From NCBI RefSeq assembly GCF_018350175.1, contig NC_058368.1, positions 67,458,001 through 67,522,000 on the forward strand: a stretch of DNA of 64,000 bases, in the 5' to 3' direction. How positions within the stretch are numbered: position 1 is the first letter of the stretch; each line of letters begins with the position of its first letter. The translations under genes and the position numbers were made by a program. The DNA comes from Felis catus (taxonomy: Eukaryota). Below, in pieces: positions 41,284-54,033 of the stretch. The notes beneath the pieces were generated by a model. That model was not told the DNA's origin and made no database searches. It saw nothing but the letters and a program-made list of their open reading frames with translations.

Positions 41284-42411
41284 AAGAGGAGCCATTTTTG
41301 AACAGCATGGGATGGTGACAGTGACAGTGGCAGTGGGTTGGGAATGGGACGTGGAATTCTTCTTAGCGAAACGCTGTTAAGATGTCTTGCTGGAGATGTA
41401 AGGTGGGCAGTTGCATGTTTGGCGTCAGCGTACATGTAAGAGGGAGCGGTTAAGAATGTAGGCTCTGGAAGTGACTTTGAGCCATAGTTTCCTCCTGTGT
41501 AAAATGGAGATAATCCAAAATGCCCTTTAGGGCTTTTGGTTTAGCTTTAGAATATTGCCTCAAACCTAGAGAGGACTCAGTAAATGTTTTCTGCTGTCAT
41601 GATTGATGTTCATCATCACCATCATCCAAAACATGCGCTTTGGAGATACAGACCTTAGTTGGAAAGTAAGCAAGACTTCTGGCAAGTTACATAATCATTC
41701 AATTTCTTTATCTAAAGTTGGGGTAGTAAAATCTAGCTCATGGGTAATAGTATAAATGAAAAAAGAAAGGCATGCAATGTAGGCATTAAGGCATATGTCC
41801 TGTTTTTAGCAGTTTATGCTTTAGTTGGAGGAAATAAGCGCTAAATATGTAAAAAATTAATAGCACAGAGATATTTATAAGAAGTGACATATAAGTTTGG
41901 ATAAAATGATAAGATTAAGAATTAAGAACACGACTAGAAGTTGGGAGACCCACCTCACTTTTTCTCCTGATTAGCTGTGTGATGTTGGGCAAGTTATCAT
42001 TATCCTGTCAATACTGTGAGACTCAGTATTTTCATTTACAAAGTGCGAGTTGATTGGGCAAGATGATTTCTTAGGTTACTTCCTTGTTAAGGGTTTCTTA
42101 CGTGATTTCGGCATTTAGAGAGAAGCAATTACTACCATAGTATGGAACAGTTAGGGAGGCTAGGAGGAGATGGGACATGAAAAGGGTGTTGGTTTGATGA
42201 AAATTGTATGAGGGAACAAGAGAGTTTTGGAATCTCGAAGATACCTTTTTTCTTGTGTTATAATTGTGAGAAATTAGCCTATCCTCACATTTCCATGTTT
42301 CATTTCTGGTAGGTTTTATTTATGAATTTCACAAATATTTGAATTTATATTTTGTCAGGTTCATTGAACGTTCTTGCTCGTTTTCCTTGTACGTGCTGCG
42401 CCCCTCTAGGG

Positions 42412-43028
42412 CAGCAGTTCTTAGGATGGCTCTCAGGATCCCATTATACTAGTCAATATGGAGGCCTCCAGAGACATTTTGTTTAGCAATATTTATGGGA
42501 TTAGAAGTTAATTTTAGAAATTAAAAAATACTTCTTAATTTAAAAGTAACAAACCCATTATGTTAATATAGATTTTTTTTGCATGCAACCTAACTATATT
42601 TTCAAAAACAAAAAGTTTAATGAGGTAAGTTTTACATTTTTACAAACCTCTTTAATATGTGGCTTACTTGAAGACCATCAGATTCCCAGATCTGATTTAT
42701 ATTTTGGTTAAAGTACTATTGAAGAAAATGTGGTTTATACATATAAGCAGTTGGAAAAGGAAGAATGTTTTAATAGTCTTTTTATATAATTGTGGATACT
42801 CTTTGATGTTACACCAAAACTCCAGTAGTTGTTATTGGTTAGTTGCAATGTGGACTCTGAAATCCTGCCAGTGAACTTGTAGTACTCTGTCATAATGAAA
42901 TCCATTAGTTTAGCCTGCACTTTGAATGGGTACTTTGTCTTTTATCCATATGTGTTTTGGCCCCACAGACCTCTGAAAGAGTATTAAGGATTCCCAAGAG
43001 TCCCTGGATCATACACTGAGAATCACTA
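42412..43028. mobile_element. Charlie1-like hAT fossil
   Basis: degenerate TIRs cagcagttcttag / ctgagaatcacta, NTCTAGAN-like flanks, Charlie-like interior. Confidence 0.55.
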
Positions 43029-43801
43029 CTATAGGATATATACCTAAGAGGATAATTGCTACTTTGAAAGTTATGGGCATTTTAAACCTGGCCAGTTTGG
43101 CACTGTCTCGTTAAGTGGTTATTCCAATTTATATTCCCACCAGCAGGTTAGGGGGGTTCTATGAGCCCCATAACTTCAATACCACTTGGTATCAGTAGTA
43201 TTTTTGCTGGCTTGGTTGGTATAAGAAATGCAACTTTACATCTTTTGTGTCTATTTCTCTTAGATTCTATTTACCCAACTGTTTCTTTTGTGTCAGTGAA
43301 GATAGTCCTTAAGAATATCTTTTTCTCTTAGTCATTACTTCAGGAATTTCAACATCCATGCTTACTAAGGTTTACAGGTAATCAATATCTTTAGCTTCCT
43401 CCAGAAAATTACAGGGGACTTAGAATACTTTAACTCAATCACCTACTCCCTGGCTTGGATATAATTATTTTTCAAAAATTGGGGCTTTTTATTGACATTC
43501 AAATTAGTATTACTTTTGTATAGATCCCTTAAAGACTTAGGAAAGAATTGGTGAAGGCAAATTCTAGGAGTTGCTAGAGAATATTGCAATATACCTCAAA
43601 TATTACATATTTTTCCATGTTATCAAATAGTAACAAATTAAAAATTAAACTTGTGCTACTTACCTCTTAAAACCATAATTAAATTTAATAGAATTGGAAG
43701 ATTAATTTCTTGAGCAACAGGCAGTTTGGTGAATATATTTTATGCTAAAGTCTAATTTTATTTTGACCTTGAGTCAAATTAAGGTTTTATTATTCTGACT
43801 T

Positions 43802-44022
43802 AAAATTTTTTTTTTCAACGTTTTTATTTTTATTTTTGGGACAGAGAGAGACAGAGCATGAACGGGGGAGGGTCAGAGAGAGAGGGAGACACAGAATCAG
43901 AAACAGGCTCCAGGCTCTGAGCCATCAGCCCAGAGTCTGACGCGGGGCTCGAACTCACAGACCGCGAGATCGTGACCTGGCTGAAGTCGGACGCTTAACC
44001 GACTGCGCCACCCAGGCGCCCC
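43802..44022 (-). mobile_element. Young SINEC_Fc-type SINE
   Basis: near-identical to the 10913 and 18223 copies; TSD tattctg(g)gactt-like. Confidence 0.92.
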
Positions 44023-44444
44023 TATTCTGGGACTTTAATTGTAAAGGCATCCAGTTCAAGTTGGCTGGTATGGAATGCAATGATAAATAAATTGAATGGC
44101 CTTTTAAAGTGTGTATTATGTCTTGCATCCTGTACTCATTATGAATTTATATATTATAGAAAGTTCAAAAAAGGAGCTTGGAATTTTTATTAGCATTTTT
44201 CGGAATACTCGCTATGTGGTGGTCCTTTTGATTTCTCAATGACTGCTCCTCAGGGCGTAAGCATTATTATTCCCCTTTTATTGGTGAAGAAAATGCAAAT
44301 AATATACAGATAGTAAGTGATAAAGCCAAGGTTTGGGCTGAGGGTTTGTTTTTTTCCCCATTTAGATTTTATTTTAAAACATTAATGGTAGAAAATCTGT
44401 TTGGAAATATTCACAACCTGGCCATTGAAAAATGGTAAAACCAC

Positions 44445-45017
44445 TATATTAGTTCTCTGTTGCTGCTTAACAAATTACTCAAAGTTAGCAGCTTAAAGCT
44501 TCCTACCTTTGTGATCTTACAGTTCATGGGGTCAGGAATCTGGGCAGGTTTAGCTGGGTCCTCTGCCCCAGGGTCTCTCCTAGGCTACAGTTAAGGTGTC
44601 AGATAGGCTTGCAGTATTATCTGAAGATTTGGCTGGTGAAGGAACTACTTCCAAATTCACTTTGTTGTTGGCAGGATGTAATTCCTCTTGAGCTGTTAGG
44701 TTGAGGCCTTTGTTTTTTCTGAGTGTCAGCCAGAGGTTTCCCTTGGTTCTTTCTTTTGTGGGTCTCCCCATAAAGCATCCCACAGCAGGCAGCTTGCTTC
44801 GTCAGAGTGAGCAGGTGAGAAGGCAAGAGATGCCAGCAAGAGAGTGAGTGCTAGCAAGATGGAGGTCACAGTGTTTTGTACCTAACTAAGGAAGTGACGT
44901 CCTGTCACCTTTGTCACAGTCTGTTTCTTAAAAGGAGTAGGAGAGGGGATCACACAAAGGTATGAATTCCAGGAGCCTGGGGGTCTTTTGGGGCCATCTT
45001 AGAAGTCTGCCCACCAC
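44445..45017 (-). mobile_element. MLT1-type MaLR solo LTR
   Basis: tattagtt...tgctgcttaacaaattac start, ggggccatcttagaagtctgcccacca end, accac flanks. Confidence 0.8.
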
Positions 45018-46048
45018 CACTACCAACCTGTAGTTTTCATTTGAAATCCCAGAAATGGGAGTGTATTTACATTAGATTAGAGAGCAGCTCACCCCTTTTA
45101 ATAAGCCCCACATCCCATAGCTATTACGGGTTTATATCCAAAAGCTCAGTGATTGCAGTAAACGGTAAGAAATAAGAAATAGAATATTGTCATAGGTAGC
45201 GGTTTGGTTGGAAGGGTCTGAAATACGAAACACTAAAGAAAGAGAAGGGATATCAAGAAATGTGAAAAAAGGAGAGGGAAATGCTAGCAGGGTCCAATCC
45301 CTACATGTAAATATCTTGGAGGAGCCTGGCCTGTGGTAAGAGTGAAAATTTTCATCTTCTTTAACCCTCTTTGAAAGTCCTCAGGGTTACAAGTAAGTCC
45401 TTAGTCTCAGACTGCTTTCTTCCCTCCTTGCAAGAATCTCCTCCCTCCCCTAGGTCCCTCCAGCCTCAAAGAGCTCCAGACGACCTGACCTCACCCCCTC
45501 TTTCTCATTCCCATTCCCATTGTCTGAGCACCAAGTGAGCCTGAGCTCCATCCTCAATCTCAGGCTTTAGGACTTTACCCGCTCTCCCCTTCCAGCAAGA
45601 AAAATTGTGTGGTAGAGATTAGACTGTAAAGTTTGAGAGAGAGAAGGTGCAAATTCCATACAAGAGGCAATCTCTAATCCATTCTAATGTATCCTATTTA
45701 AAAAGGAGTGGTAGTATACGTACAGGAAACAAGTTATCAATAAACTACTTTTACCCAGAGCAAAGTGATAGTGCCTACACATTTTCCTCCTTCCAGTGTG
45801 GTCTGGCAGAAGTATTCAAGACCAGCCCGAAGATGATGAAACAGTCATAGATAACATGAACAGTTAACTATGAACAGTCATAGATAAACATGCCACGGCC
45901 TCTCAGCAGCTCCCTTTAGCTGGATAATTCATGCAGGGACAGTTGCATGTCAGTCATGCAGGGACAGTCCTTGCCAGAGCAAGCTGAGGTTGTGAGTTCC
46001 TAGTTACCTATGAATCCTTAGAGTCCTGTCCATTCCTTCAAAGCTAAG

Positions 46049-46124
46049 GATTAAACAGACAAAACAGACAAAAACAGATTAAACAGATTAAAACAGACAA
46101 AACAGATTAAACAGACAAAACAGA
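46049..46124. repeat. ~9-bp unit tandem repeat (aaacagatt / aaaacagac)
   Basis: about eight variant units read directly. Confidence 0.85.
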
Positions 46125-47160
46125 ATACCTTACGTATCCTGAAAACCAAATGGAGAAATGTAGAGCCTCTACCAAGAAATAATATGCTCAAGGTTTCTCA
46201 TGTGGAGTGTTCTCTCCTACCAGGTAGCTAGTAGGGTGTTTTTTTAAAAAATGAATCCACTAAAAGGAGAAGCAGTATGATTGGTCAGTCGAAGGAGAGA
46301 CATTTCTAGAAATAATCTCCCATTGGCACTACCTCACCCCAAATTGGAACCCATCGACTATGATTCCCATCTTGGTAAGAATATTAGATTTCAGAAGTTA
46401 TTACATATAAACTATAATTGCCATGAAAAAAGTCCCCCCCTCACCCAAGTCAATAGCTTTTAAATGTAGGCACTCAATTTTTCTAAGCCATTAAGGTTAA
46501 GATTTTCCATATGGAAGAAGAAATTGTTCAGAGTCCCTGTGCCTAGGCTGGGCTGGGAGCAAGAATGAACTGTAAGCAGACACCAGGGCTCTTAAAAGTT
46601 TGACCGAAATGGCCTAAAATTGTGGTAGCGGTCACATACTTGGTACATTTGTTAAAAATCAGAATCACATACTTAAAATGCATGAATTTTATGGTATAAA
46701 TTATACCTTTATAAAGTTATTAAAAAAGAGAGACAATGTGTACATGTCTTAAAACTCCATTAGAAGCCTTGTGATAAAGTATTACTCTCATTTTCCCCCA
46801 TAAATTCTTCCTTACTCATTACACCTTAGCCCCTCTGGTGCCAAATCTTTGTTCTATAACCTCTAAAAAATACTGCCATCTCCTCAGTTTCCCTATGTTT
46901 TCCATTATTTTGGTAAAATCATTTTATTCTTAAAAATACACATTTAGGAAATAGAAGTAGAAGGCCCACTACATGAAACTCTCGTTACTCCGCAGAGCTT
47001 AACCTAAGAGTGAGGAGGGTGCTCTCCTTACTTCATTCATCTCTGCTCTTTCACAGTCCTAAGTGTGTTTGCATCCTAGGAAGGTGCGGGGACCATAGGT
47101 CATTTCACAGCTCGCTCCTGTGTACCTTACAAATGGAGGTAAAGGTGCTCTTATGCTCTC

Positions 47161-47180
47161 AAGCATGCTTGAGCATGCTC
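47161..47180. promoter_or_regulatory. Candidate p53-family response element
   Basis: AAGCATGCTT GAGCATGCTC is two perfect RRRCWWGYYY half-sites with no spacer; function untested. Confidence 0.5.
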
Positions 47181-47343
47181 TCATGCTCTCAAGTTCTTGC
47201 ACAAGCCAGTTTTGCCAGCGTCTCTTACCCTTTTTTCCCCTGATGAATTTAAGTATTTACGACGGTCAGATCGTTGTGTGTACTATGGGTATTAGATTTA
47301 AGAGATTAAAAACCCTGCTTAATTTCTCTTCTCATTCTTATAG

Positions 47344-47496
47344 CTCAAATCTAATCCAAGTGAAAATGAAGAAAAGGAAGCCCAGTTTCAACTTGTGAAA
47401 TCTGATGAAATGCAGCGTTTGCGCTCACAAGCGCTTGATGCTTTTGAGAGCTCAGATTATACTGCTGCTATAACCTTCCTTGATAAGATTTTAGAG
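47344..47496 (+). CDS. DNAJC3: DNAJC3 coding exon 5 (153 nt, phase 0-0)
   Basis: ttatag|CTC AAA... encodes LKSNPSENEEKEAQFQLVKSDEMQRLRSQALDAFESSDYTAAITFLDKILE; donor gtaagt. Confidence 0.97.
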
Positions 47497-48999
47497 GTAA
47501 GTTTCTTAGACATTGCAGCTGGCAAGCCTGACACATGCTGTGTTTTACTCTGAGGCACATTCATGCACTTTGACATGTTATGTATCACAAGCAACCTAGA
47601 GAGGATAAGATCACATTGGTCCTTGGGCTTTTAGCTCTTAAGTGAGAGATGGTGTTTATGTAGAACAAAATTTGGAACTGGAGTTTGCAGAAAATGTACT
47701 CGATGTGCTGTGGAATGGGAGTTACACATTTTTATACATTGCTTGCTTTACTGTTTTTGTTTGATTTTGCATTGGGGGGGTGGAGAGAATTCTAGAAGTT
47801 AGATAAAGTGGGTGAAAGATGAAAGAACTGGTTGAAGAAAAAGGAAAAGTAATGTTTCAGGGGAAGAAGGTTTAGAGTGAGAATTCTGTAGGGAAGAAGC
47901 AGATGGAATGTTGACAAGCCCCAGAGGTCAAGACAAGAGCTCAGTCTATAGTTTCCTTGCCTCTGAAGGACTTAATGACAGATGGTTTCAGAAGGAAGTC
48001 TACTGAGATATTCAAGTAGGAGCGATCCTAATTCTTGTTTATTTATCATTTTCATGGCACTTTGATGTACAATTGCATTTAATCATGGCAGGAAACTTAA
48101 CGTATGTAGAGTAGGTGCTTCTTTGATAATTTTATAGAGGAAATTGTGTGATACAGTCGAGTGGAATTCATGTTTTATTAAATTATTTTGTTTATGATTT
48201 GTTAAGGAAACATAAAGTTATAATTTTTATCTTCCAGGACTTAGATAACCATTTTTACCTACTTGATTAGCCAAGATATTTAATTTATGTACGTGTTGAT
48301 TTTGGTATCTAAAATATGTGAAAAGTTGATATGACCTTAGAACAGCTCTAAGAAATGTGTAAAGATCCTTCCACAGACCCTATTGGTGACCTTTTGGGTT
48401 TACATTTTTAAAAAAAACTCATGCATTTATAAACATTTTGACAAAGTGGAAATGGTGAAGCCTCCACCTTCTCACATTGTTCTCCTCTTTTCTTTGTTTT
48501 TGTGGTATGAGAATTTAATTTCAAGGAGACAACATTTTACAAAAGAGTTCTATTTAGTTATTAGTAGAATAGAAGTATTTTGCAGGTTTCGAACCTAGAT
48601 TTTATGTTTTGGAACTAGAAATTAGAATTGTTGATTAAGTACGAAAACCTGACTAAAGAATATTCTTTTCAAAATCAGATGTGCTTCACTGGGAGCAGCC
48701 TTCTAATAGTAATGCCATGTATTCTTATTTTCAGAGTTTTAAAATTATATAATTGAAGGAAGTACGAAAGGGGCCTTGTTAGCGTATACATCCGTTCCCC
48801 CATTAGAATTGAAGATACCCTTGGAGAAATTATTTTGTCGCATCTGAATTGTATCAGCCTTTTTAATACTTTACGATATAGAAATCACAGTAATTGAAGA
48901 TGGTTTCATGTTGATAAGTGTGTCAGCAAACTACGCGGGATGAAGTATGAGTGTGCATAGTTTACTGCTTCTTAAAGTCTAGTTCTCTTGTTTCTCAAG

Positions 49000-49181
49000 G
49001 TTTGTGTTTGGGATGCAGAACTACGGGAACTTCGAGCTGAATGTTTCATAAAAGAGGGGGAACCTAGGAAAGCGATAAGTGACTTAAAAGCTGCATCAAA
49101 GTTGAAGAATGATAATACTGAGGCTTTTTATAAAATCAGCACACTGTACTATCAACTAGGAGACCATGAACTGTCCCTCAG
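49000..49181 (+). CDS. DNAJC3: DNAJC3 coding exon 6 (182 nt)
   Basis: ctcaag|GTT TGT... encodes VCVWDAELRELRAECFIKEGEPRKAISDLKAASKLKNDNTEAFYKISTLYYQLGDHELSL(S); donor AG|gtcagc; visible in ORF 48988..49278. Confidence 0.97.
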
Positions 49182-49633
49182 GTCAGCTCTAGTGACATAC
49201 ACATCTCATCCTCATCCTCTTTTCACTGTTGGCAGTAAGATGATAATCCCGTTTTTAAAGACTTTAATTTTAAATTAAAACTGTGGTTAAGGTTGTTTTT
49301 ATATTCTTTATTTGTATATTTTGTATTTTCCCTAAGTTATTCTATTTCCACATAGTTTATTTTCATGAGCTATGCTTATTAAAATAGAGATATATTTGCA
49401 GAAAGAAAATAGGGTGTTTAATGTATAATTCTACTTAAGTTATTATAATTTGAGTTAATACGTGTGTGTGGCACAATGCCACATGTAAAAGTATATGGTC
49501 AGTTGTTAAGTCAGTGTGTTTTGTTTAATCGTTACAAGCAAAAAATACCTTTAATGTGATTTCTGTATTGTGGAAAACCAGTCATTAATTATTTTGACTT
49601 GGAGTATTTTCCTGTTTTTAAATACATGAGCAG

Positions 49634-49753
49634 TGAAGTTCGTGAATGTCTTAAACTGGACCAGGATCATAAAAGGTGTTTTGCACACTATAAACAAGTA
49701 AAGAAACTTAATAAGCTAATTGAGTCAGCTGAAGAGCTCATCAGAGACGGCAG
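49634..49753 (+). CDS. DNAJC3: DNAJC3 coding exon 7 (120 nt, phase 2-2)
   Basis: gagcag|T GAA GTT... encodes (S)EVRECLKLDQDHKRCFAHYKQVKKLNKLIESAEELIRDG(R); donor gtaaga. Confidence 0.97.
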
Positions 49754-49914
49754 GTAAGAATGTGCTTGTCTGCAGTCTACAGCCTCCCTTCTCTGTCTTT
49801 TCTGGGCACAAAAGAACAGTTGAACTGCTTCCTCTCTTACTCATTAGCCATTGAGGATAGACTATCCTAGATAGCCCTGGGCCTTGGCAAAACTACTGCA
49901 GCTCTACTTAATAT

Positions 49915-50116
49915 TATTATTTTTAAATATTTATTTATTTTTGAGATACACAGAAAGAGAGCGTGCGAGTAGAGGAGGAACAGAGAGAGAGGGGGACACA
50001 GAATCTGTAGCAGGCTGCAGGCTCTGAGCTGTCAACACAGAGCCTGACGTGGGGCTCGAACTCACGAAGCGTGCGTTCCGTTGGATGCTCAACTGACTGA
50101 GCCACCCAGGTGCCCC
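49915..50116 (-). mobile_element. Can-SINE with internal deletion
   Basis: SINE body ~160 bp downstream of exon 7. Confidence 0.87.
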
Positions 50117-50379
50117 TGTACTTATTTTTAATAAGGCAGAATATAAGTAATAGTAACTGCATAATATTCTTACCAGCAGATTTATTTATATTTCACCAAA
50201 TATTTATTGAGTATCTCCTGTGTCAGGCACTGACAATGTACTAAGGGGTGCAGAGATGAATATGACATGGTTTTTGGTGTTAAGAAGCTTAAAGATTAGT
50301 GTGGGAGACGGACATATAAACTGATTGCTAAAAGATAATGTGGGATCTAGAGTGATAGAGATGTATACAGAGTATATAG

Positions 50380-52120
50380 AGACTTTCTTGTGGTATAAGA
50401 TTCTCAGTTAAGTCCTTTTGTTAGAGCACCTGAAAAATATTGTACCACTTCTTTGTGGCCTTCATGGTTCCTGATGAGAAAGCCATGGTCATTCCGATTG
50501 TTTTTCCCTAAAATGACATATTTTCCTCTGACTGCTTTTAAAATTTGTTTTCTTTGTTTTTAGTATTCAGAAGTTTAATTATGGTGTATCTTGGTGTGGA
50601 TTTCTTTGTTTTTATCCTATCTGGAATTTATTTAGCTTCTAGAATATGTAGGTTTGTGTCTTGTCAAACTTGGGAAGTTTCAGCCATTACTTCTTTTTAA
50701 AGATTGCTTATATTTTAAATATTTATTTATTTTTGAGAGAGAGACCGCGTGCAAGCGGGAGAAGGGCAGAGAGAGAGAGAGGGAGACACAGGATCTGAAG
50801 CAGGCTCCGGGCTCCGAGCTGTCTTTAGCGCAGAGCTGGATGTGGGGCTCGAACCCATGAACCATGAGCTCACGACCTGAGCTGAAATCAAGAGTTTGAT
50901 ACTTAACTGACTGAGCCACCCAGGTGCCCCTTAGCCTTTATGTCTTGAAATATTTTTTTAGCTTTACCCTGTATCTCTAGTTTTTGTCTTAGATTCTGAT
51001 TGACATAAATGTTAGCTCTTTTGTTTCAGCCCCACAGGTCCCTGAGGCTCTGTTCATTTTTCTCCATTCCTTTTCTTTCTGATCAGATTTCATAATTTTT
51101 TTTATCATTCCAATTCACTGATTCTTTTCTCTGTCCCCTCCATTCTACTGTTGAGCACGTTCAGTGAACTTTTTATTTGGGTTTTTCTAGTTTTCGGTTC
51201 TGATAACCAAACGTTATTCTTGTATCTCTTCTGTTTCTTTGCCAAGGCCGTCTGTTGCTTTCGTTTCTTTAAGCATGTTTGTCACTGCTGCTATTGCCAA
51301 GGCTACTTTAAGATCTTTGTCAGATAATTGGTTTTGGAATTTATTGTCTTTTCTCGTTCAGTTTGAGATCTTACTGTCTGTTGGTATGATGAGTGGTTTC
51401 TGATTGAAACCTGGACACTTTCATTTTATAAGACTGTTTTTTAATTTAAATCTGTTTTGCCTGGCTTTTTCAGACATTGTTCCAGCAAAGCAGGGGCGGG
51501 TATCACTTTGTTGCTGTCGGGGAGGTAGAAGTTTTCCCCGTTGGCATTTGTTGATAGCTGAGGTGTGGGGTTTCTCACTACTGCTTGGAGCAGGTGGAGG
51601 TTGGGGGATATTTACTTCCAGCCATGGATGAAAGTCCTAGCTTCCCACTTGGCCTTCTCTGACACCACCATGGTGGGGGTGTGGGCACACCTCGTCATAG
51701 CCTCTCCACTTGACCTGTTGGCATTGGGAGGGAGCCTTATTTTTTCTTCTGTGGCGTTTGGCTGGAGTGGAGCTGTTATTGTCATAAATTTTCTGTCTTG
51801 CCAGGCTGCCCTTTCCAGGTCCTGTGGCTTGAGAGAGTAGGCTCTTGCTGGGTTTTGGATTTTTTGTCTGCACCCATTGGCATTTCTGGGTTGCTGGTCT
51901 CTTCAGCTCCAAGTCTGCAGTATATGAAGCAAACAAAAAAACCCGGGAAGCTTTCCCATATTGTGTTTCCCCCTCAGGCCGCATGTCCTGGGCTGGTCTG
52001 CCTCCTTCTCTCCCCTTGCTGAGTTTTTTCATATGTTGACAAATACGTAATGTGTAGGGGTACTTAATTGTACCTAGTTGGCGGAACTGGGGAAAGTACA
52101 TTCACTCCACTTTCCCAGAA
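50380..52120 (-). mobile_element. Old L1M 5'/ORF1-region fossil with a SINE (~50695-50930)
   Basis: ttcctgatgagaaag..., tcttggtgtggatttcttt... L1M ORF1-region motifs. Confidence 0.6.
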
Positions 52121-53007
52121 GCTACCTTTTTTTTTCAAGTGAAGTTCAGTACTTTCGAACTGAACTTTTTGTTTTGATCTAATCATCATTTCAAATGTAG
52201 TTGTAAAAAGGAAAGCAAGGTTTTGCATGCTCTGTACGGCTTCCTACAACTATTGTACTATCTTGGAAAACTATACAACACTATCCCAGCTAGGATTTTG
52301 ACATCAATAACTTCTGTTTTAAGTGTTCTGCTGAAATCTGTGTTTTAATACATCAGCATTTAAATGTGAGGATTGTAATGCATTTTGGGAAAAATGTGCC
52401 ACAGTGGCATATAAATATATTGTTTAGTGTGCCGTTACTGAGGAAAGTAACTTCGTGTATAACATGGCTAATATTTTTCACTAGTTTTTAAAAAAAGGCT
52501 GAAATAGCTTTTATTGTTCTCAGAAAGCTAGTAAGTTGGGAATTTAAGCAGGTTCTTTTTGCAGGGAACCACATTGTACTTAGTTGTGAATATTGACATT
52601 CATTGTATAAAATGACATGTAGATAATGGGCTTTGTTATTTCATGAAGGTGTGTAGGGACCAAGAAATAAACCTGATCTCTATTTTGCTGAAAAATGCCA
52701 TGTGTAAGTCAGACTTTAAGAAGATGTTTTACTCCGTTTCAAAATCATGAGCATTATTCTGTAAAGAAATTCATCATTTTGTTTGATTGGTATTCACAGG
52801 TATGCTTTGGTTTGTACATAGACATTTTCTGTGGTCATGTGTTTTATCTCCCAACTTTTGACTGATAGTAAGGTAAAAGTCGTGTTTGAAGGCACGTACT
52901 CATTTAGGTGAATTGATTAAGCAACGATTAGTGAAGAGTAGAGGGCTCTTTCTTTAACCCCTGAGATAGAATTTCATTGTTACTCATCATGATTTGCTCA
53001 TTAATAG

Positions 53008-53113
53008 ATACACAGATGCGACCAGCAAATATGAGTCTGTCATGAAAACAGAGCCGAGTGTTGCTGAATATACGATTCGCTCAAAAGAAAGAATTTGCCA
53101 CTGCTTTTCTAAG
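53008..53113 (+). CDS. DNAJC3: DNAJC3 coding exon 8 (106 nt)
   Basis: taatag|A TAC ACA... encodes (R)YTDATSKYESVMKTEPSVAEYTIRSKERICHCFSK; donor gtaaca. Confidence 0.97.
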
Positions 53114-53197
53114 GTAACAGTTGATTCATTCGCAGAAGTGTGAAAACTTAATATATGGCAAAACAGCCATAAATCCTTTTCTCACATTTACTTATAG

Positions 53198-53318
53198 GAT
53201 GAGAAGCCTGTTGAAGCTATTCGAGTGTGTTCTGAAGTTTTACAGACGGAGCCTGACAATGTGAATGCCCTGAAAGATCGAGCAGAGGCCTATTTAATAG
53301 AAGAAATGTATGATGAAG
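53198..53318 (+). CDS. DNAJC3: DNAJC3 coding exon 9 (121 nt)
   Basis: ttatag|GAT GAG... encodes DEKPVEAIRVCSEVLQTEPDNVNALKDRAEAYLIEEMYDE(A); donor gttagt; follows an 84-nt intron. Confidence 0.97.
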
Positions 53319-53816
53319 GTTAGTCTTCAAGGAATTTGATTTGCAGTATCTAAACGTTGATGTATATGAAATTAGCACATGTTTAACATCCTTTTGTTTA
53401 GAACAAGTTTACCAGAGTAGCTGGAAGTGTTGATGACTTTAGGAAGATGGCATTGAGTTTGAAAATTAGTCTTCCTTAGTGGAACTAGTACACCATATGA
53501 GGAAAGATTTCTGCTGTTGAAACCAGTTCAGGGGGATATAAAAATAAACATTTTAGCCTTTTTTTTGTTGTAGACAAGTTAGAATAGATAAATAGCAAAA
53601 TAAAAATTTAAATGATAGATTTCGTATCATCCAGAGATAGATGCTGTTCATTTGGGATTTATATCTTTCATACTTTTTCTGTGCATATATATTAGTCTAT
53701 GTTTTATGCATATATATGTGCGTGTATGTATGTATATACTATGCATGTGTACAGTATACATATTATACCTACAACATACATATATATGTCATATATGTCC
53801 TACATATAAATGATCT

Positions 53817-54033
53817 TTTTTTAAGTTTTTTTTTTTTTTAAGTTTATTCTGAGAGAGAGAGAGAGAACACGAGTGGGGGACGAGCAGAGAGAGAGAAAGA
53901 GAGAGAATTCCAAGCAGACTCCGTGCTGTCAGCGCAGAGCCCGATGGGGGCTAGTGCCATAAGCTGTGAGACTGTGACCTCAGCAGAAATCTGGAGTCGG
54001 TGGCTTAACCGACTGAGCCACCCAGACGCCCCT
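53817..54033 (-). mobile_element. Can-SINE
   Basis: typical body; flanks aaatgat. Confidence 0.87.

Noticed and set aside
48988..49278. 96-aa ORF as a stand-alone gene
   Set aside because: It is DNAJC3 exon 6 read through into flanking intron.
50045..50052. UPRE-like TGACGTGG motif in a UPR target gene
   Set aside because: It lies inside a SINE as a variant of consensus sequence, far from the promoter.
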